A stretch of 64,000 nucleotides of DNA from Selaginella moellendorffii (GCF_000143415.4 NW_003314321.1:62001-126000), one strand, 5' to 3'. Counted from the stretch's first letter, positions 38,498 to 52,200 are shown. Notes: generated by a model not told the origin, from the sequence alone. Numbers and translations: made by a program.

Positions 38498-39496
38498 TTA
38501 GTATTTTGGTTTTGAAAAAAACGTCCAGAAAACTGTAGCTCTCACAATGCCACTAATATAATTGAATATAATACCCTTATTTGTTACAAAGCTGTATATC
38601 TTCAAATAAATCTCAAAAGTTAACTTTTCATATAGAACTTGAATAGGAAACAAAATAAAATGATATATGTCAGGTAGTAAATGACTTAGTTTAAAATATC
38701 TAAATAACCCATCTAAAAACCAATCACTATGTGTTGAAACTACAATATCATTTACAATTAAATCTCCAGATAATATGAATGGATTATAAAGGCCATATTT
38801 TTTTACGACATAAATATCTAAAAATACTTAAATAAGTACAAGAAAAATAATTTTTTCTTACCTGTTATATTGTAAGGTATAATCTTTCCTGATTTTTCAT
38901 CTAATGCTAATAAAACATCAGTTAATATAACATCATTAGCATATTTATAAATAGTTGATTTTGAATCTAAAGATAAAACTATTAGTGGCCATAATAACTA
39001 TTTCAAACATACTTACTTATAACAGGTATATAATGAAATGAAGATAACTCAATGCTTTTTCTATTACTAATATCAATATGAATAAACTCTTTATAGGCTT
39101 TAAGATCTTGGTGTCCAAAAGCATATATATCAGAATAATCTATAATACCTTTTTTATTTTGAATTGCAACCTACCCATATTAACATCACCATCAAAGGCA
39201 AGAACTAAAACTCTATAAAATTACAAACCTTATCACCAATAGAAATATCCTTCACTTGTTTTTTCTTACCATTATAAAGTTTTATAATAGCATCAGCTAT
39301 TACAAAAAAAATGTATTCTTAAAACAAGAAAAGGAGTAAAATTACCTGGAAAACAACTTGGACGTACATAACAATTAAAGTTCCTGCATTCATAACCTTT
39401 TATGCAATCTTCATCTTTTGTACATGGATCAACTTGAGTTTTAATTAATGGTAAAACATTAAGAACTAGTGATAAAGAGAAAAGAAAAGCATTCAT
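38498..39496 (-). CDS. Secreted Hog-type protein: signal peptide + 4-Cys peptide + Hedgehog/intein (Hint) domain + SRR-like tail, 265 aa; exons 39496-39346, 39296-39229, 39170-39017, 38966-38862, 38817-38498
   Basis: Four GT-AG introns (49, 58, 50, 44 bp) give one 798-nt frame containing CFPADAIIKTYNGKKKQVKDISIGDKV, YSDIYAFGHQD, IELSSFHYI, YANDVILTDVL, GLYNPFILSGDLIVNDIVVSTHS and YHFILFPIQVLY. Confidence 0.9.
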
Positions 39497-39562
39497 TTTT
39501 TAAGTCTATGAAAACTGATATATAACTGGTGACTATATATAGATTGGTTGGTTTTTGTTATT

Positions 39563-41308
39563 TTATGGACTTTCTAATAAACCTGTTATTATATTTGCTA
39601 AGTCAATTTCAATGTCTTCTTGTAGAAGATGTCCACCCTGAAAATAATATATTAAAACTAATGTTGAAATATTTGCTATACCTTGTCTAAAGTGATTAGT
39701 TTAAATTGGAACTCCTCACAAAAGGTTTTGAGTGATTTATAATTTAGCCATCTGTCGTTCAAACCACCAATAAAATATATAGGTGTTTCCCAGTTTTTAG
39801 ACGTTAATAAAGATCGAACTGATAAAATTGAATCCTATAGCCAAATGTTTAGCAAGAATATGTTTATTCATTAGAGAAATGTATTACCTTTAACTCTTTT
39901 TTAAAACTTTTAATCACAGACTTTAGTGCAAATCCAGCTGATCCTGATGATAAATATGGCTTTCTATAAACCATTTTATCCTCCTCTGTTATAGCATAAT
40001 AACTTATTCTTGACATAGCACCATCACTTGCTTTAAAAGGATCCTGACATAAGCAACTTTTTATAGCTAGAAAGCTCTTGTAATTCTAGTTTACCTGGGA
40101 AAATATATCACCTAAGAATAAATTTGTAAATTCTAAGAGATTTGATGGTAAAGTACTGTGTTCTTTAGATACCTGTATAAGAAATAATAAATGAAATAAT
40201 GTTTTGTGTTTCTTGATTACTTACTGGTGGATTAATCATGATAAGTTTAACTATTTTGAAAGGATTTGCGCTAATATATTCTACGACTGGAGGTGTAAAA
40301 TGTCCCTGTCTTAAAAAGCTTTAAAAAATCCTTTTAAAAAGATTTAGTGTTTAGTTACCTGAGCAACTATAGAAATTTGGTTTGATTTTAATCGATCCAC
40401 CAAACAGCTAAGCGCATTTGTATACTCTGCAGGTTTTAAGAAAAAACAAAAACAGTCTACAAAATTAAAAACAGTCTATGTTCATTACCTTGAGTTGTAT
40501 AATTAAATCCATTACCATATAATGGTTTGTCCGAGAATCCAAAGCCTATCCATGATGATAGAACAGAAGACATAACTATATAACTTACCCAACCAATCAA
40601 CTGCTATAACGTGATAATCTTTGGCAAGTATAGAAATAACATGTCTAAAAGAATAAGCCTGAAAATCTACATATGTTAGCTCGTCCTAACTAATACACCA
40701 TCACCTGAGAACATAAACCATGTAAAAGCAGTATTGTGTGATTATTATTTGTCCCTTCTTCAACGTAAAACCATCTGAGAAATATCTAATTAATGACTGT
40801 TAAAACCATCTATGCTAACCTCACCGATACTCATTTGAAGATATTTGAGATTGTGCACCCAATTTCATACCAAACAAAGGTTCTTTCACTGTGTTTGATG
40901 ATCCTTGAGGAGAGTATGCATACATCTGCAGTATGTAAAAATATTTGAAAATTAGCTTAAGCTTAACTATGAAAACAGAATTAACTTACAAAATCACCAC
41001 GTGCCCACCAGTCATCTGTTTTATCTCTTTCATCCGAATATTTTCCTACATTATTGTAAGAGAATTTATCCCTGAAAAAGAAGAACAAGAACAAGAACAA
41101 GAAGAGACTTACCACCATAGAAAGAAAAGCCATCTCCTTTAGATTGAGGTGCAATCTCCTAAAAGGAGGGTTTTCTCTTCTATTTGAAGACTGGAAGTCT
41201 ACAGACTTACCCCATCATCTGCATATAGAGCATTCACTCTTGAGAAAGAGAAAGATTTCCTCTTCAATTTCTTCTTCACCGTAGATGGGTTGAGAATCTG
41301 TGCGCCAT
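39563..41308 (-). CDS. Alpha/beta-hydrolase, plant haloalkane-dehalogenase-like family, multi-exon
   Basis: WFYVEEG, ILLLHGLCSQ|AYSFR, AVDWL|GFGFSDKP, IVAQ|GHF, QDPFKASD, GGHLLQED. Start codon less certain. Confidence 0.8.
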
Positions 41309-41720
41309 GGAAGGAACCCAATTGCACAGCCAGGCTCCCCATACTCATATCTAAAATCTACAGCGCATAGAGTTCACACAAGCACATATAAGAATCTAAG
41401 ATTTAGTTTATAGAATCAAAGTTTTACATTTCTAATGCTAAATTCCAGAGTTGGGACTTGAAATGTTTCTTGGAGATCATCAGAGACTTAAATAGAGTAG
41501 AAAAATCACAGTGGGTCTCATTTTCGTTTTGCAGACACTGTGCCTCATCACTTGATCTTCTCCATTGTGATATCCATCAGAGACTTAAATAGAAAAACAA
41601 TCATCCTTGATTTTCATCCTCATTTTCTCATCACCTGGCGTCACAGAAAGAAGAGCACTGGCGGCTACTCACACCCTAAAGGCTAAAACCTATGCCCAAG
41701 CCCTAAATTAGGTTGATTTT

Positions 41721-43918
41721 ATGTGGGCAAATATTCTTCCCAGGAGCTCGTCCTCTCGCGATGAAATGGGGGCGATCTCGGGCGCTGCCGCCAATGCAGC
41801 GCGATCCAAGCTGCCGCCGCTGCTGGATTTGCGCCTGGATCGGAAGGTATACAGGCCAGGTGATGCTGTCACCGCTACGGTCGAGATTTCCAACCCTGCC
41901 AGCGCTTCCGATGGCGGCGACTTGATTTTGGTGGAAGAATTTGCCGTGGAGGTGAGAGGGACGGAGAAACTGGATCCGCAATGGATCGTCACTCCAAAGC
42001 CTCCCGGATTGAAGCAAAAGAGAGGTTCGTGCCTGGCGAATTTCCAATTTTTTTAAAGCTCTTCACAGGCGAACGGATCTTTCTGGAATCTTGCGGACCT
42101 TTGGTTAGTGGCGTCTTCGTCGAGGGCGGATTGACGAGATCATGTAAGTTTTGGTTTCCCTGTGGTGAAGCGATTAAAAATGTCGACTGTCTTTTAAGTC
42201 GTAAATTTGCTTAGATCTTGTACGCACGGTTCTACCAAAGCTTCTTCCTCCGTCCTTCAGAGGCACAGCAGTACGATACTTTTACCATCTCACCGCAACT
42301 ATTCGGTGGAAATTTGTTGCCACTGAAAATGGTAGTTCATCGGTACAAGCTGCTCTTCCGCTGGTATGTAATGTTTTATTGTCCTAATATGAGAACGCTG
42401 GAACCATATGTAGGAGAAGCGCATTCCCATAACCGTTTGGACGATGCCTAACAACAGTGGACTTTCAGCTGAGCTCAACGAAAGCCATAAAAATGGCGGT
42501 CAGTTCTTTTTGGACTTGTCAAGCAATCTCGTTAAAACAAGTGTCTCAATGCACAGGCATTGTTCCATCGTCTCTTGTGGAGGCAGAATTGCAGTGGAAA
42601 GAAAATAGCGCCTACTCAGAATGGGTGAGTTGACTACAATGCCCACTAGTTGAAGTCTTGGCAAATGCAACGTTTTTATCTGGCAGACGGGGACGGCTAG
42701 TACTTTCTCAGGTTTAGAAGACGATATATCTAGTCAAGGATCCGAAAGTGTTTCCCATAGCCCGAAGGGAAGTCTGGAGAACAACTTTGATCGGCTGGTG
42801 CTCCAGTCTCCTGCATTGACTCCAAGGACGCAGCCGAGAAGCGAAGAGTCAAATCGACCAGCATTGAAGAAGCAGATATTGATGGCATCTTTTTCAGACG
42901 AAATCCCGAGTAAGTTACTGGAAGTTTGTTGTCGTGTTTTGTTTTGAGATCTATCTTTGCAGAACATTCTCAAAGGACACTGGACACATCGCTCTCTGGG
43001 AATTGGAGCCCATGGAATCGGTTCCCGATGGATGGTTTTCCAAGTGAGCAAGAGGATGACTCGAGAACCGACTCCTCCCCAGGTGAATCTATTTTCGGAG
43101 GCGTCAAACTAGAAGTTGAGCTGTTTCTTTCAGGCCACGTGAAGGGGAAAGCCTACAACATCAGGCTTGGCAATCAGGTTCTTGTGCGTATTTCACCCAA
43201 GAATCCTGATGCGGTTCATTACTTTGGAGACACTGTAAGTGCACACTTTCTCTCTCTCGTTTTTGACGTTACTCGTTGCAGATTGCTGGAGTTATCAGCT
43301 TTCCAGAAGAAAGTGATTCTCGAAAGTGCTTAGAGGTGAGAGAGATAATGATTGTGAAGTATCCAGCTGTAACAAGAGGAGAATGCAGGTTTCAGTGGTG
43401 CTGGAGATTCGCGAAGTACTCAACGTTTTGCATTTGCATCCTTCCCGGAAGAACTCGCAAGTCATATCCAAGGTACTGTTTGACTTTCCTTTCTTGTTCC
43501 TTCTCACGCTAGACAATCAACGCTAAACGATGCACAGATTCAATCCGAGTATCACGAAGTTGTCGCGGATGTTTCACAAACGCACTTCCTTTTCTCCATC
43601 CCTCTAGATGGCCCGGCTTCCTTCTCAACTCCTCACGTCACGGTACAGTGGGTTCTTCGTTTCGAGTTCGTGGCCACTCCAGGGAATGTTGAGTGGTCGA
43701 AGTACGCACATCCTCTCGAGATCAAAGACAGGGAGACGGGAGAGTGGACGCTGCCCATCACTGTTCATGCTCCACTGCCCCGGACGCACGGAGTAAGGAA
43801 GGACAGGCCAGTAGCTTCACTGAGAGATTTTTGGCTTCAATCCCCCAAGGCATCGGACTGGGTTGGCACTCCGCTGGGCTCACCGATTTTAGCCGGCCCG
43901 TCCAACGGTCACTTCTGA
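41721..43918 (+). CDS. RGP1: RGP1 (Ric1-Rgp1 RAB6 GEF subunit)-like, multi-exon
   Basis: LDRKVYRPGD, LPKLLPPSFRGTAVRYFY, YNIR...FGDT, FLFSIPLDGPASFSTPHVTVQWVLRFEF, WTLPITVH. Confidence 0.8.
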
Positions 43919-46900
43919 GGAAATAGAGAATGTCTATTTCTTTTTTCTCCAGAGAATGTGTCCTCGTCTAAGAGTTCGTGGTGTGTCACCAAATAGCCTT
44001 TGTTGAAGCTCTTGGCATTTAGTAACTGGTATCTTGTCCTTCAAGTAGATCGCCCGACGCTAACATGTTTCCCAAGGATATTTACTTGTAAAAAATTATT
44101 TTGTAAAAATAGAGTCTTTCTTGTGTAAGAAAAAACTCACTTTAATTCATTATTCTTCTAAAACATCTAAGAATGACAAGTTTTCTGAGGCACATGTATA
44201 TATATACTGTAGGATAAATATGCTAATTATAATACTCTGGACCGAATCAAAATATGTGATCAATTTTTGAAACAAACAATATCTCGAAAAGTCTTTCCAA
44301 TGACATCATCCAACCCATGCTAATATAAGATAAGACTAAAAATAAAAATTTGGTCAAGTTTTTCAGTTTGCAGTTTTTCTCACGGTTCACCACAGCTCCA
44401 AAACTTGACATTTAACGTTCTGACTAGCACCCAACACTAGAACCTGGCTGCTAGTGCTTGCTGAATGATTGTGTTATTGTCCAGGAAGGTTTTCGTTAGT
44501 TCTGGTTGCTGATGTGGCCTATAGGGATCGTTTATAAGAGGAATAGAAGGGCACTCTCCACTCCCATAGCTACACTTGAGCTTCACCTCTGTGCTGGCAT
44601 GATTGACATTTGGCCTGATAGTGCCAAGGGATTGGGAAGGAGAACTTATGCATTGGTGATTTCATCTTGGCTTTGTATGCTTTGACCTCAAACAAAGGCG
44701 AGTGGATTTCTTTCTTTCTTTCTCTTTCTGGTGTGCTTGGAGACAAGCTCTAGCTTATTACTGCTTGAGATGAAAGCTAACAAAAGTAGTGCTACAGTAA
44801 CTTAGTCATGGAATAAGGGAGGCATGTTTAATGCAAAACAAGATTGAGTAGTAACCTGGCTTTTCATCTAGTGAGTGGGCATAAGTTGAATATTTGCAAA
44901 CTTCACATTTGGTCCTGCAAAGCAGGATACAATGCTTAAATCACATCTGAAGAAACTATATGTCTTTACATTGGGTTTGCATAGAAGAACACTTCGATGC
45001 TTTATAGAAGTTTTATCTATACATGACTTAAGACATTTGGCTCATTTAATGTTTACAATATCTCTTGTAGAGACTAGAAAAAGTCTTAAACAAATATAAG
45101 AGGATGATATAGCTGATCTAGGAAACTTATCATGTAATTACAATTGCTCAACCATGATTTTTTACTTGCTTTTCTGCTAATAACAATTTTTTTCAAATGT
45201 TAGATTAAAAAATAGATAGCGAATAAATAAATATTGCAAATGTAGATATTATTATTTTATAGTTGTATCATATAGTAAATATATATTAAAACCACAGAAA
45301 ACCAATATAAAATCTTTAGATTGAGCTATTTGAAAAGCATTAAATATGTATAGATGTTGTCTTTTAATTGTATAAACATAAATTCTTTATTTAATTTTGT
45401 TTTACTTACTATTGAGCTATGCTATAAGAGGACAAAAAGAGACTATCTGGATAAATAGTTTTTAAATATGTGATTTACTTGTTTAGTTTCATTATTCACA
45501 TCTCAAGTGTAAAAGGAAAAATAGTAAATTATCTCATATATATCTTGATATATACTTTTTCTACTTCCTCAGCTATGACAATCAAAACATAATTGTAAAT
45601 TATGAGGGAAGGTACAACTCCAAAGAGAAGGTGTATCTGGGGTTAGTGACATGGCAAAAAGATTGTAGTATACTGTAAAATATATCAATTTAAAACACAT
45701 GTGTTCTTGAATTTTTTAAACACATATGTGTGACTAATAAAATAATCTTTTGGATCTAACTTTTTGTCAAGGTATAGGCATGCATTGGTGATTTGGCAAA
45801 GTTGAGATTAGTGCTAAGTATGCAATTTTGTAGCACTATGTAAAATTAGATTCCATATCAGTTTATTTGGTATGTTAGTACAGTTTAGGCATTGGTTAAG
45901 GGCTTGTAGTAAAGTGTGAACTGGATTTGAGTGCCTTTTAGAAGCCATTACCATGCACTTGAGGCATTTTATATAAAGAGGGTAATAAAAAGCACTTTAT
46001 GAGTGAGTGATTTTGCAATAAATAAAGAAGATTTTGCTTATAATTAAGAGAAGGCTACAAAATAAGAGATTTTAACTTTATTTAGAATGGATTGGTGCAT
46101 ATTGCACTATTAAAGCTCAGAAGAGGTGCATCCTCTCAAGAGTGTTGTTGCAAGTGCTTTTTAAAGAGCTTCTCTTACAACACTGAGAACTTTATGATAT
46201 ATAAGATTATGTATGTTAATGGCAAATTAAAAGATGTTGGATATAAAGTCAGCTACTACATTAATCTATATTTGCCCAAAACAAGTTTTGTGAAGGAGAT
46301 TAAAGTTGATTCTTTATGTGTTTTTCAATGTGGAGTTATCCATGGAGCTTTGGTGAATTTACAATAAATTTCCCCCACCGCATAAAATTCAGTCTTGATG
46401 CAACATATAGCAAGCTAGAGCCTTGGCACAGGTATTTAGATGGAATCATTAATACCACTATGTGTTTGAAATTTCTAAATAATACCACACACTTTGTGTT
46501 ATTTATCTACATAGGGAGCCACTATATCACAAGCATACTCATGTTAATGAACAAGAGAGGATTAACTCTTTATAAATGCTATTGTTAGGCAGTTTTACAA
46601 TTTTGCTAGCCAAAACACATATGTAAAGACTACATGGGGGAGTTCAACAGGGCCTAACGTGAGAAGGCCATAATGTAATATTTATATATGATTCTTAAAT
46701 TCATAACTAGGTGAAATTAAATCTTTCTTTATGTAATAATAATGTATTTGTGGTGGATCAAACACTTTTAGAGTGATATGTGGTGCAAGATGGCTTGTTA
46801 CTTGAAAATGATGACTCTGACTATATATTGCCATTCCCTTATTGACATAAAGACTTATGGCTTGCTTGAAGTCCCTTATGTTGAATTTATACAACACCTT

Positions 46901-46955
46901 CACAAATATGTGAACTTGCATATAATGCACAATCTAACAAGGATATATGTATGAG

Positions 46956-49179
46956 TGTAAAACAGAAATCCTAAGCCCCAAAGTGGAGCTAAAAGTGTGT
47001 TGAGTGGCACTGGTTGAAGTAGAAGTCCAACGAGCATAACATATTTAAACTAAAAGCTTTGGTTTAGAAAGTTGAGAGTGGGAGAAAAACTCCCAAAGAA
47101 ATGTTCAATAAATAAGTATAAAGCGATCAATAAGTAAGTTTCTTAAAAGGGATATAAGAAGGACTAACACATGACAAGTGTTGTGACACGTGAAAGTGTC
47201 GGGACTGAGTCTGAGACCAAGTCCAAGACGGAGTTCAAGACCAAGTCTAAGATCAAATCTGAGATCAAGTTCGAGATCGAAACCGATATAGAGACCAAGA
47301 CTAGGTCAAAGATGGAGTCCAAGGCCAAGTCTGAGTCTGAGATTGAAACCAAGACCAAGACTAAAACTAAGACTGAGTCCAAACCTAAATCCAAGTCCCC
47401 TGGTGAAAGCCCAAGTGATCTCTTACCAAACCTAGAGGGTTTAATAAATCCTTATAAAATAATAAAGGGAAGATTCAATGGAACCAATTTGGTTAGGGAA
47501 GGTTATTGTTACTGAGTGGATGTTACTATATGGTGGGTAATGATATGAACATTGAAAAGTCCAAAGCTAAAGTAAACATAGATGAACAAGTGAAGTGACA
47601 TTGTGAAGAGTTCAAAAGTTAACTTTAGCTCTCCCAAAAGATCGAATAGTCAATACTCCTAATTCAAGTGTGAGTGGCATTCTTGGGGTAGTCTAATAAT
47701 ATTTTATAAATATGTTCTGCATAATGAGTTTATGAACTAGCGATTTCCGTAGAGGAGGTTATATGCTTGTGTTAAGTAAAATACAGAGCTTGTATCCATG
47801 GCCAGTTACCTATTTAGATACCTTGTATGGCTCATTGGAACTTTACTCTAGCTACATGGGTAAGGCACCCCAGTGGCAAAAGGTGGGGGGAGTACCTATG
47901 AAGCTTTTATTAAGCTATAGTGTTTTAAAATATTGTCCCAAAATTTTAAACTGTGGAAAGGAAGAAGAGTGGTCCCTTTACTTCATGACTAAGAGTATAA
48001 TCACATGGTGATGAAGTCCCAAAAGTTAATGGGATTTAGTAGCTGAGCCATCATGCTTTATCCTAATGGCAGTGTTGGTGAGCATTACCATAAATGAAGG
48101 GGATTTGATGAAGATTGAAGAAGGGATATTGAGGGAGGGTGTTCTTTATATCTAAGGGCATCCTAAGGATGTTAAAGTGTGGACAGATGACCTAGTTTTG
48201 GAAAGATAGGACTGTGGTATAGGTGGTTTTAAACTACCAATGAGATACAAAAGAACAGACATAACCTTAATATAACAAGTTGAGATATCGATGGTATCTT
48301 TGGGTGTTTGAAGTAGAATCAAACATGTAGAACACTTAAATTAAGTGCAAAGTCGGGGTGGTTTTAAGATTACCTTTGAGGGTTAGCAAATTTCCCAACT
48401 TGGAATAAGGACTTATAAAGGTTGTGAATAATACTCCTCTAAGTGGTTAAAGGCATCGTTGAGTGACTAAAGTAGAGTAGAAAGATTAATCACTTACAAT
48501 GAACATAGAACAAGTGATTTAGAGCCAAGATTCAAGAGATCAAGATGTCCTTATCCTTGGTGGTGGCTAGATGTTGCAAATATGACTTTAGGTATCGAAA
48601 GTTATTTGTCAGCTAGTCCTTATGGACACTCTTACCTTATTGCCATGATGGCAAGAGTTTGGTATTGTTGGTTTTCTTTATCAGCCCCTCTTGTTCAAGT
48701 GTTAGTAAACTGGGCTTAGCACCTATAGTTAGCCAAATTGTTGCGAATGTGACTTCAGGTATCGAAAGTTACCTGTTGACTAGTCCTTACGGACACTCTT
48801 ACCTTACTGCCACGACGGCAGAAGGTCGGTATTGCTAGACCCTTCATTAGTCCCTCTTGTGCTAGTGGAGTTAATTGGGCATTTTGAGTATACTTAGATC
48901 GGACGAACATAAGGACGGAATTCCTACATGTTATTAGCTAAACATACTTAGCCTAGTAAGGAGTTCCTGTCTCGTTATATCTTGCACTGATTAGTGACAA
49001 GAACCCTCGCGTATTGAGATTAGTCCCTCAATATCGTTGGATGATAGCTTACTGTGTCTACCAAACACCCTCGCTATCATGCCCTTTGTGTTAGTCTCAT
49101 TTTGGTCTTAAATGCTAATTATGGAAAGTGTCTAGATTTGCTCATTTGGCATATCTACGGAATGTAGCACTCCTCCACA
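46956..49179 (+). mobile_element. Decayed LTR-like unit with hexamer array (~47205-47397) followed by degenerate retroelement sequence
   Basis: 46956-47500 is colinear with 5954-6710 (aaatcc.taRgccccaaagtggag..., array, GGTGAAAGCCC). No intact ORFs downstream. Confidence 0.65.
48572..48865 (+). repeat. Diverged two-copy tandem repeat, 167-bp period
   Basis: tgttgcRaatRtgactt.aggtatcgaaagtta... starts at 48572 and 48739. Confidence 0.75.
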
Positions 49180-49279
49180 NNNNNNNNNNNNNNNNNNNNN
49201 NNNNNNNNNNNNNNNNNNNNNNNNNNNNNNNNNNNNNNNNNNNNNNNNNNNNNNNNNNNNNNNNNNNNNNNNNNNNNNN
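49180..49279. other. Assembly gap (100 N)
   Basis: Run of n. Confidence 1.
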
Positions 49280-52200
49280 GGGGGCTTGTGTGGGGGGTTC
49301 CAAATGTATAGTAGGCATAGTGGGTAGGTTGGGCATAACTGACTAACCTGAGGCATAATTTAGCTCCTGCTTGCGTGCTTGTCCTTGTTCTGCGTCCGGC
49401 TTGGGTCTAAGCCTAAGTTCCATTCCATGCTAGCTGGTGGAGTACCCATGTCCTTGCGTTAGGCCACCGGTATGCCGAAATAGCACCAAACTTCGTTTAA
49501 CTCCGTTTTGTGTGCTGGTCCTAGCATTGGGATGCTAGTTACTCCAGGACTGTTCCAAGTTGCTCCGAGCTCTTGTCCCTTCGCTCCTTGGGCTGTATGC
49601 TCGGGAGTTGCTCCGTGGTCCGGTTCCATGACTCCTTGGCTCCATGCTTGGAAGTTTGGCACCGTTCCTTCCTTCAGTGGCCCAAGGCCCTGAACCTCGG
49701 GTTCCATACCACTGTCTTTTGGACATGTGGCATATGACACGTGGCATGTGTCACATGGCATAAAGAGGGTTTAGGTTCCACTTCGTGGTGTTATTCTATG
49801 GTAAATCACGATAGGATAAAGGGTCAAAACCACGTGTGTTACATTTAGTATTAGAGAATACATCTCAGTGAGTACTATACAATGAGATTGGGCAACTAGT
49901 CTCGTTGCATACGCAGAGATGAAAATGATGATCTGAGTGGGTACATGTTTGGTGCAAAGGCTTCGCATTCTTTCCTTGGGTATGGTTTTTGTTACCTTTT
50001 TGTACTGTGATAATGTGAGCTTGCTCTTGGGCTCATAGAATGGATTTGAGGTGTACCATTTTGCATGAGTTTGCGCTTGGGCTCGTGAGTGAGGCACATT
50101 AGCAACTCGAGGTTACACTTTGAGTTGGCAAGATTAATGTTAGCCTACTATTGGTTCCATGAGTTGTTCTAATGGTTCCATGAGTTATTCCATGTACCGT
50201 GGGTAAAAGTAAACCTTCCTTGGGTTTGCTATGAGTGGCAAATAGGCTGGTCCGTAGCTATTTAGCACGTCACTAGTGGATCCTTCCTAAGCATGATACA
50301 AGTGGATCAACCAATATTATAGGGATTAGTCTATTGATTCAGGTAGTCACTACCGTGCTCTCTCATAAAAATTTTCTTGGATTGGGCTGAAGGCAGTGCG
50401 AAAACAAGCTTGAGGTTTAGTTAAAGATGAGACCGAAAAAAGAGTCATCAAAGATAGAGGATCAAACACGTAAATCATTTTCTCTCCTTGGAGATATGAT
50501 TTGCAACAAGAATGACTCATTGCTCGTGTTCATATTATGCAATCAAGAATCCCTACCTTGATGCATCTTGGAGATGATGGTCTTACAAATGGTGAGTTGT
50601 GGGATGGATAATGGTGAAGTGCTAAACCATTTTGTCTAGGTTTACTATTGAAAGACTTGGGTTGCAATGCTCAATTCTTTTCCAAAGAACCTTGCTATTG
50701 CTTTTTAAGTAGTTTGGTGTTGGATTAATGTTAAGTTTAGTCGGAAAGAGAGTGGCATGAGTTTGTATGTGTTGTGAACAAAAGTTAGTGGTGTTAAGTG
50801 TTGTAAATTGCTATCGGTGGGGTGTGGCATTTATGTTGCATTTTGTCAAATCAAGTTAACACTTGATAATCACATAAACCTTTGAAGTAGTGATATGGGC
50901 ATTGCTCGTGGTGTTGTTCAATTGATGATCAACTCATTGTGATTATTGTATCATATCCATGTGATAATGAGCAATGTGTTTATGAAGTTTCTTGGTCAAA
51001 AGATAATCAACCCCAAAGTGGTTGATGGTAAAGCTAGTCTACTTACATATAATAGCATTGTAGTAGCTTTGACTAGATTTTCGATGGTGGTCCATTATGC
51101 TAAGTTGGAGTTGGTACGTTAGTTCCTTGAGTTTGCCCATTAAGGTGTTGGAAAGGGTATAGCATTCATTTGCTATAACTTGTTGGTTTATCCGTTAACA
51201 CTTGGAGTAGATTGTTGAATGGAGAAGGTGTGTAGTTGAAGCATTAACATCATTAGCACTTGTGTTAGTGGAAGTGGCATTGTTATTTCAAATGATGAGG
51301 ATTTTCCTTAGAGCTTAATTTTCTATATCATTTTTCTTGTTAGTGTTTGGGCTTCATATTAGATCTTGAAGGAGGTTGAAAAAAAGTGTTAGTGCAATGT
51401 GGATATCCGAAGATATGGTCTTCGTGATCAAGCCTTAGATGTTCATTTTGCACTTTACGGATATCAGTGTTGGATATCGGAAAAATGGGCAAAGATGTTC
51501 GAGGTTTAAGCATACTATGGGTAATGAGAATTGGTGTTAAAGTGAACCTATGTGAAGTTGTAAATAGGAGGAAGTTGGTTGAGTCTTGAAAGTTTGCATT
51601 TCTAGACTGAGAATCATTTTTTCTCTAGGATGAAATATTTTCCACAAATTTTCTTAGGCTTTTTTAATAGCTGATCTATTGATCACTTTGCTCGAAAACC
51701 ATTCTGTTTTTGTAAGTTAGTACAAATTAGTGAAAGGGTTGGAGTTTAACTTTGCTTAGATCTTAGTAGGTTGTTTGTATGATGCGACCTAAAAGGGATG
51801 CTAAAGTTTGGGGCTAAAATAATTAAGTTGGATAGAGTTTGGAATTGGTGTAGAAAAGTGGCCATTGCATTTTTCTAGAAAGGTGACCCTTGTGCTTTTT
51901 TTTTGTAGCGTTATGCTTGGTGGCAAGTTGCACTTTGCATTTTGTTAAACTCTATGAGAGTAGTGAACTCTCACTGATCTTAACTTAGTCTTAGTGGCTT
52001 TACACCTTGGCTTAAGATAGTGATGTCCAACTTAGTTGCTTGAGGTTGAGATGTTGGTACCCGTACTATACCTTTGTCTATGAGGAGGTTGTGTACCGAT
52101 ATGAGTCCATCTCATGGTCTTCTTTAGTTTTGACTGAGTGTTGATCATGCATAGCTAGTGTCTTCAAGGTATGTTCAGAGCTATTGGCTAAATGCATTAG

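Noticed and set aside
39293-39496. Stand-alone 67-aa cysteine-rich peptide as given by the ORF track
   Set aside because: It is exon 1 of the spliced Hint gene read through into intron 1.
10781-41308. Biosynthetic gene cluster (reductase, CYPs, MFS transporter, GH3, hydrolase)
   Set aside because: The genes are interspersed with housekeeping loci, there is no scaffold-forming enzyme, and several belong to conserved low-copy families.
44000-46950. Short ORFs in AT-rich DNA (also 54400-56600)
   Set aside because: No supportable domains; probably old TE debris that I cannot classify by eye.
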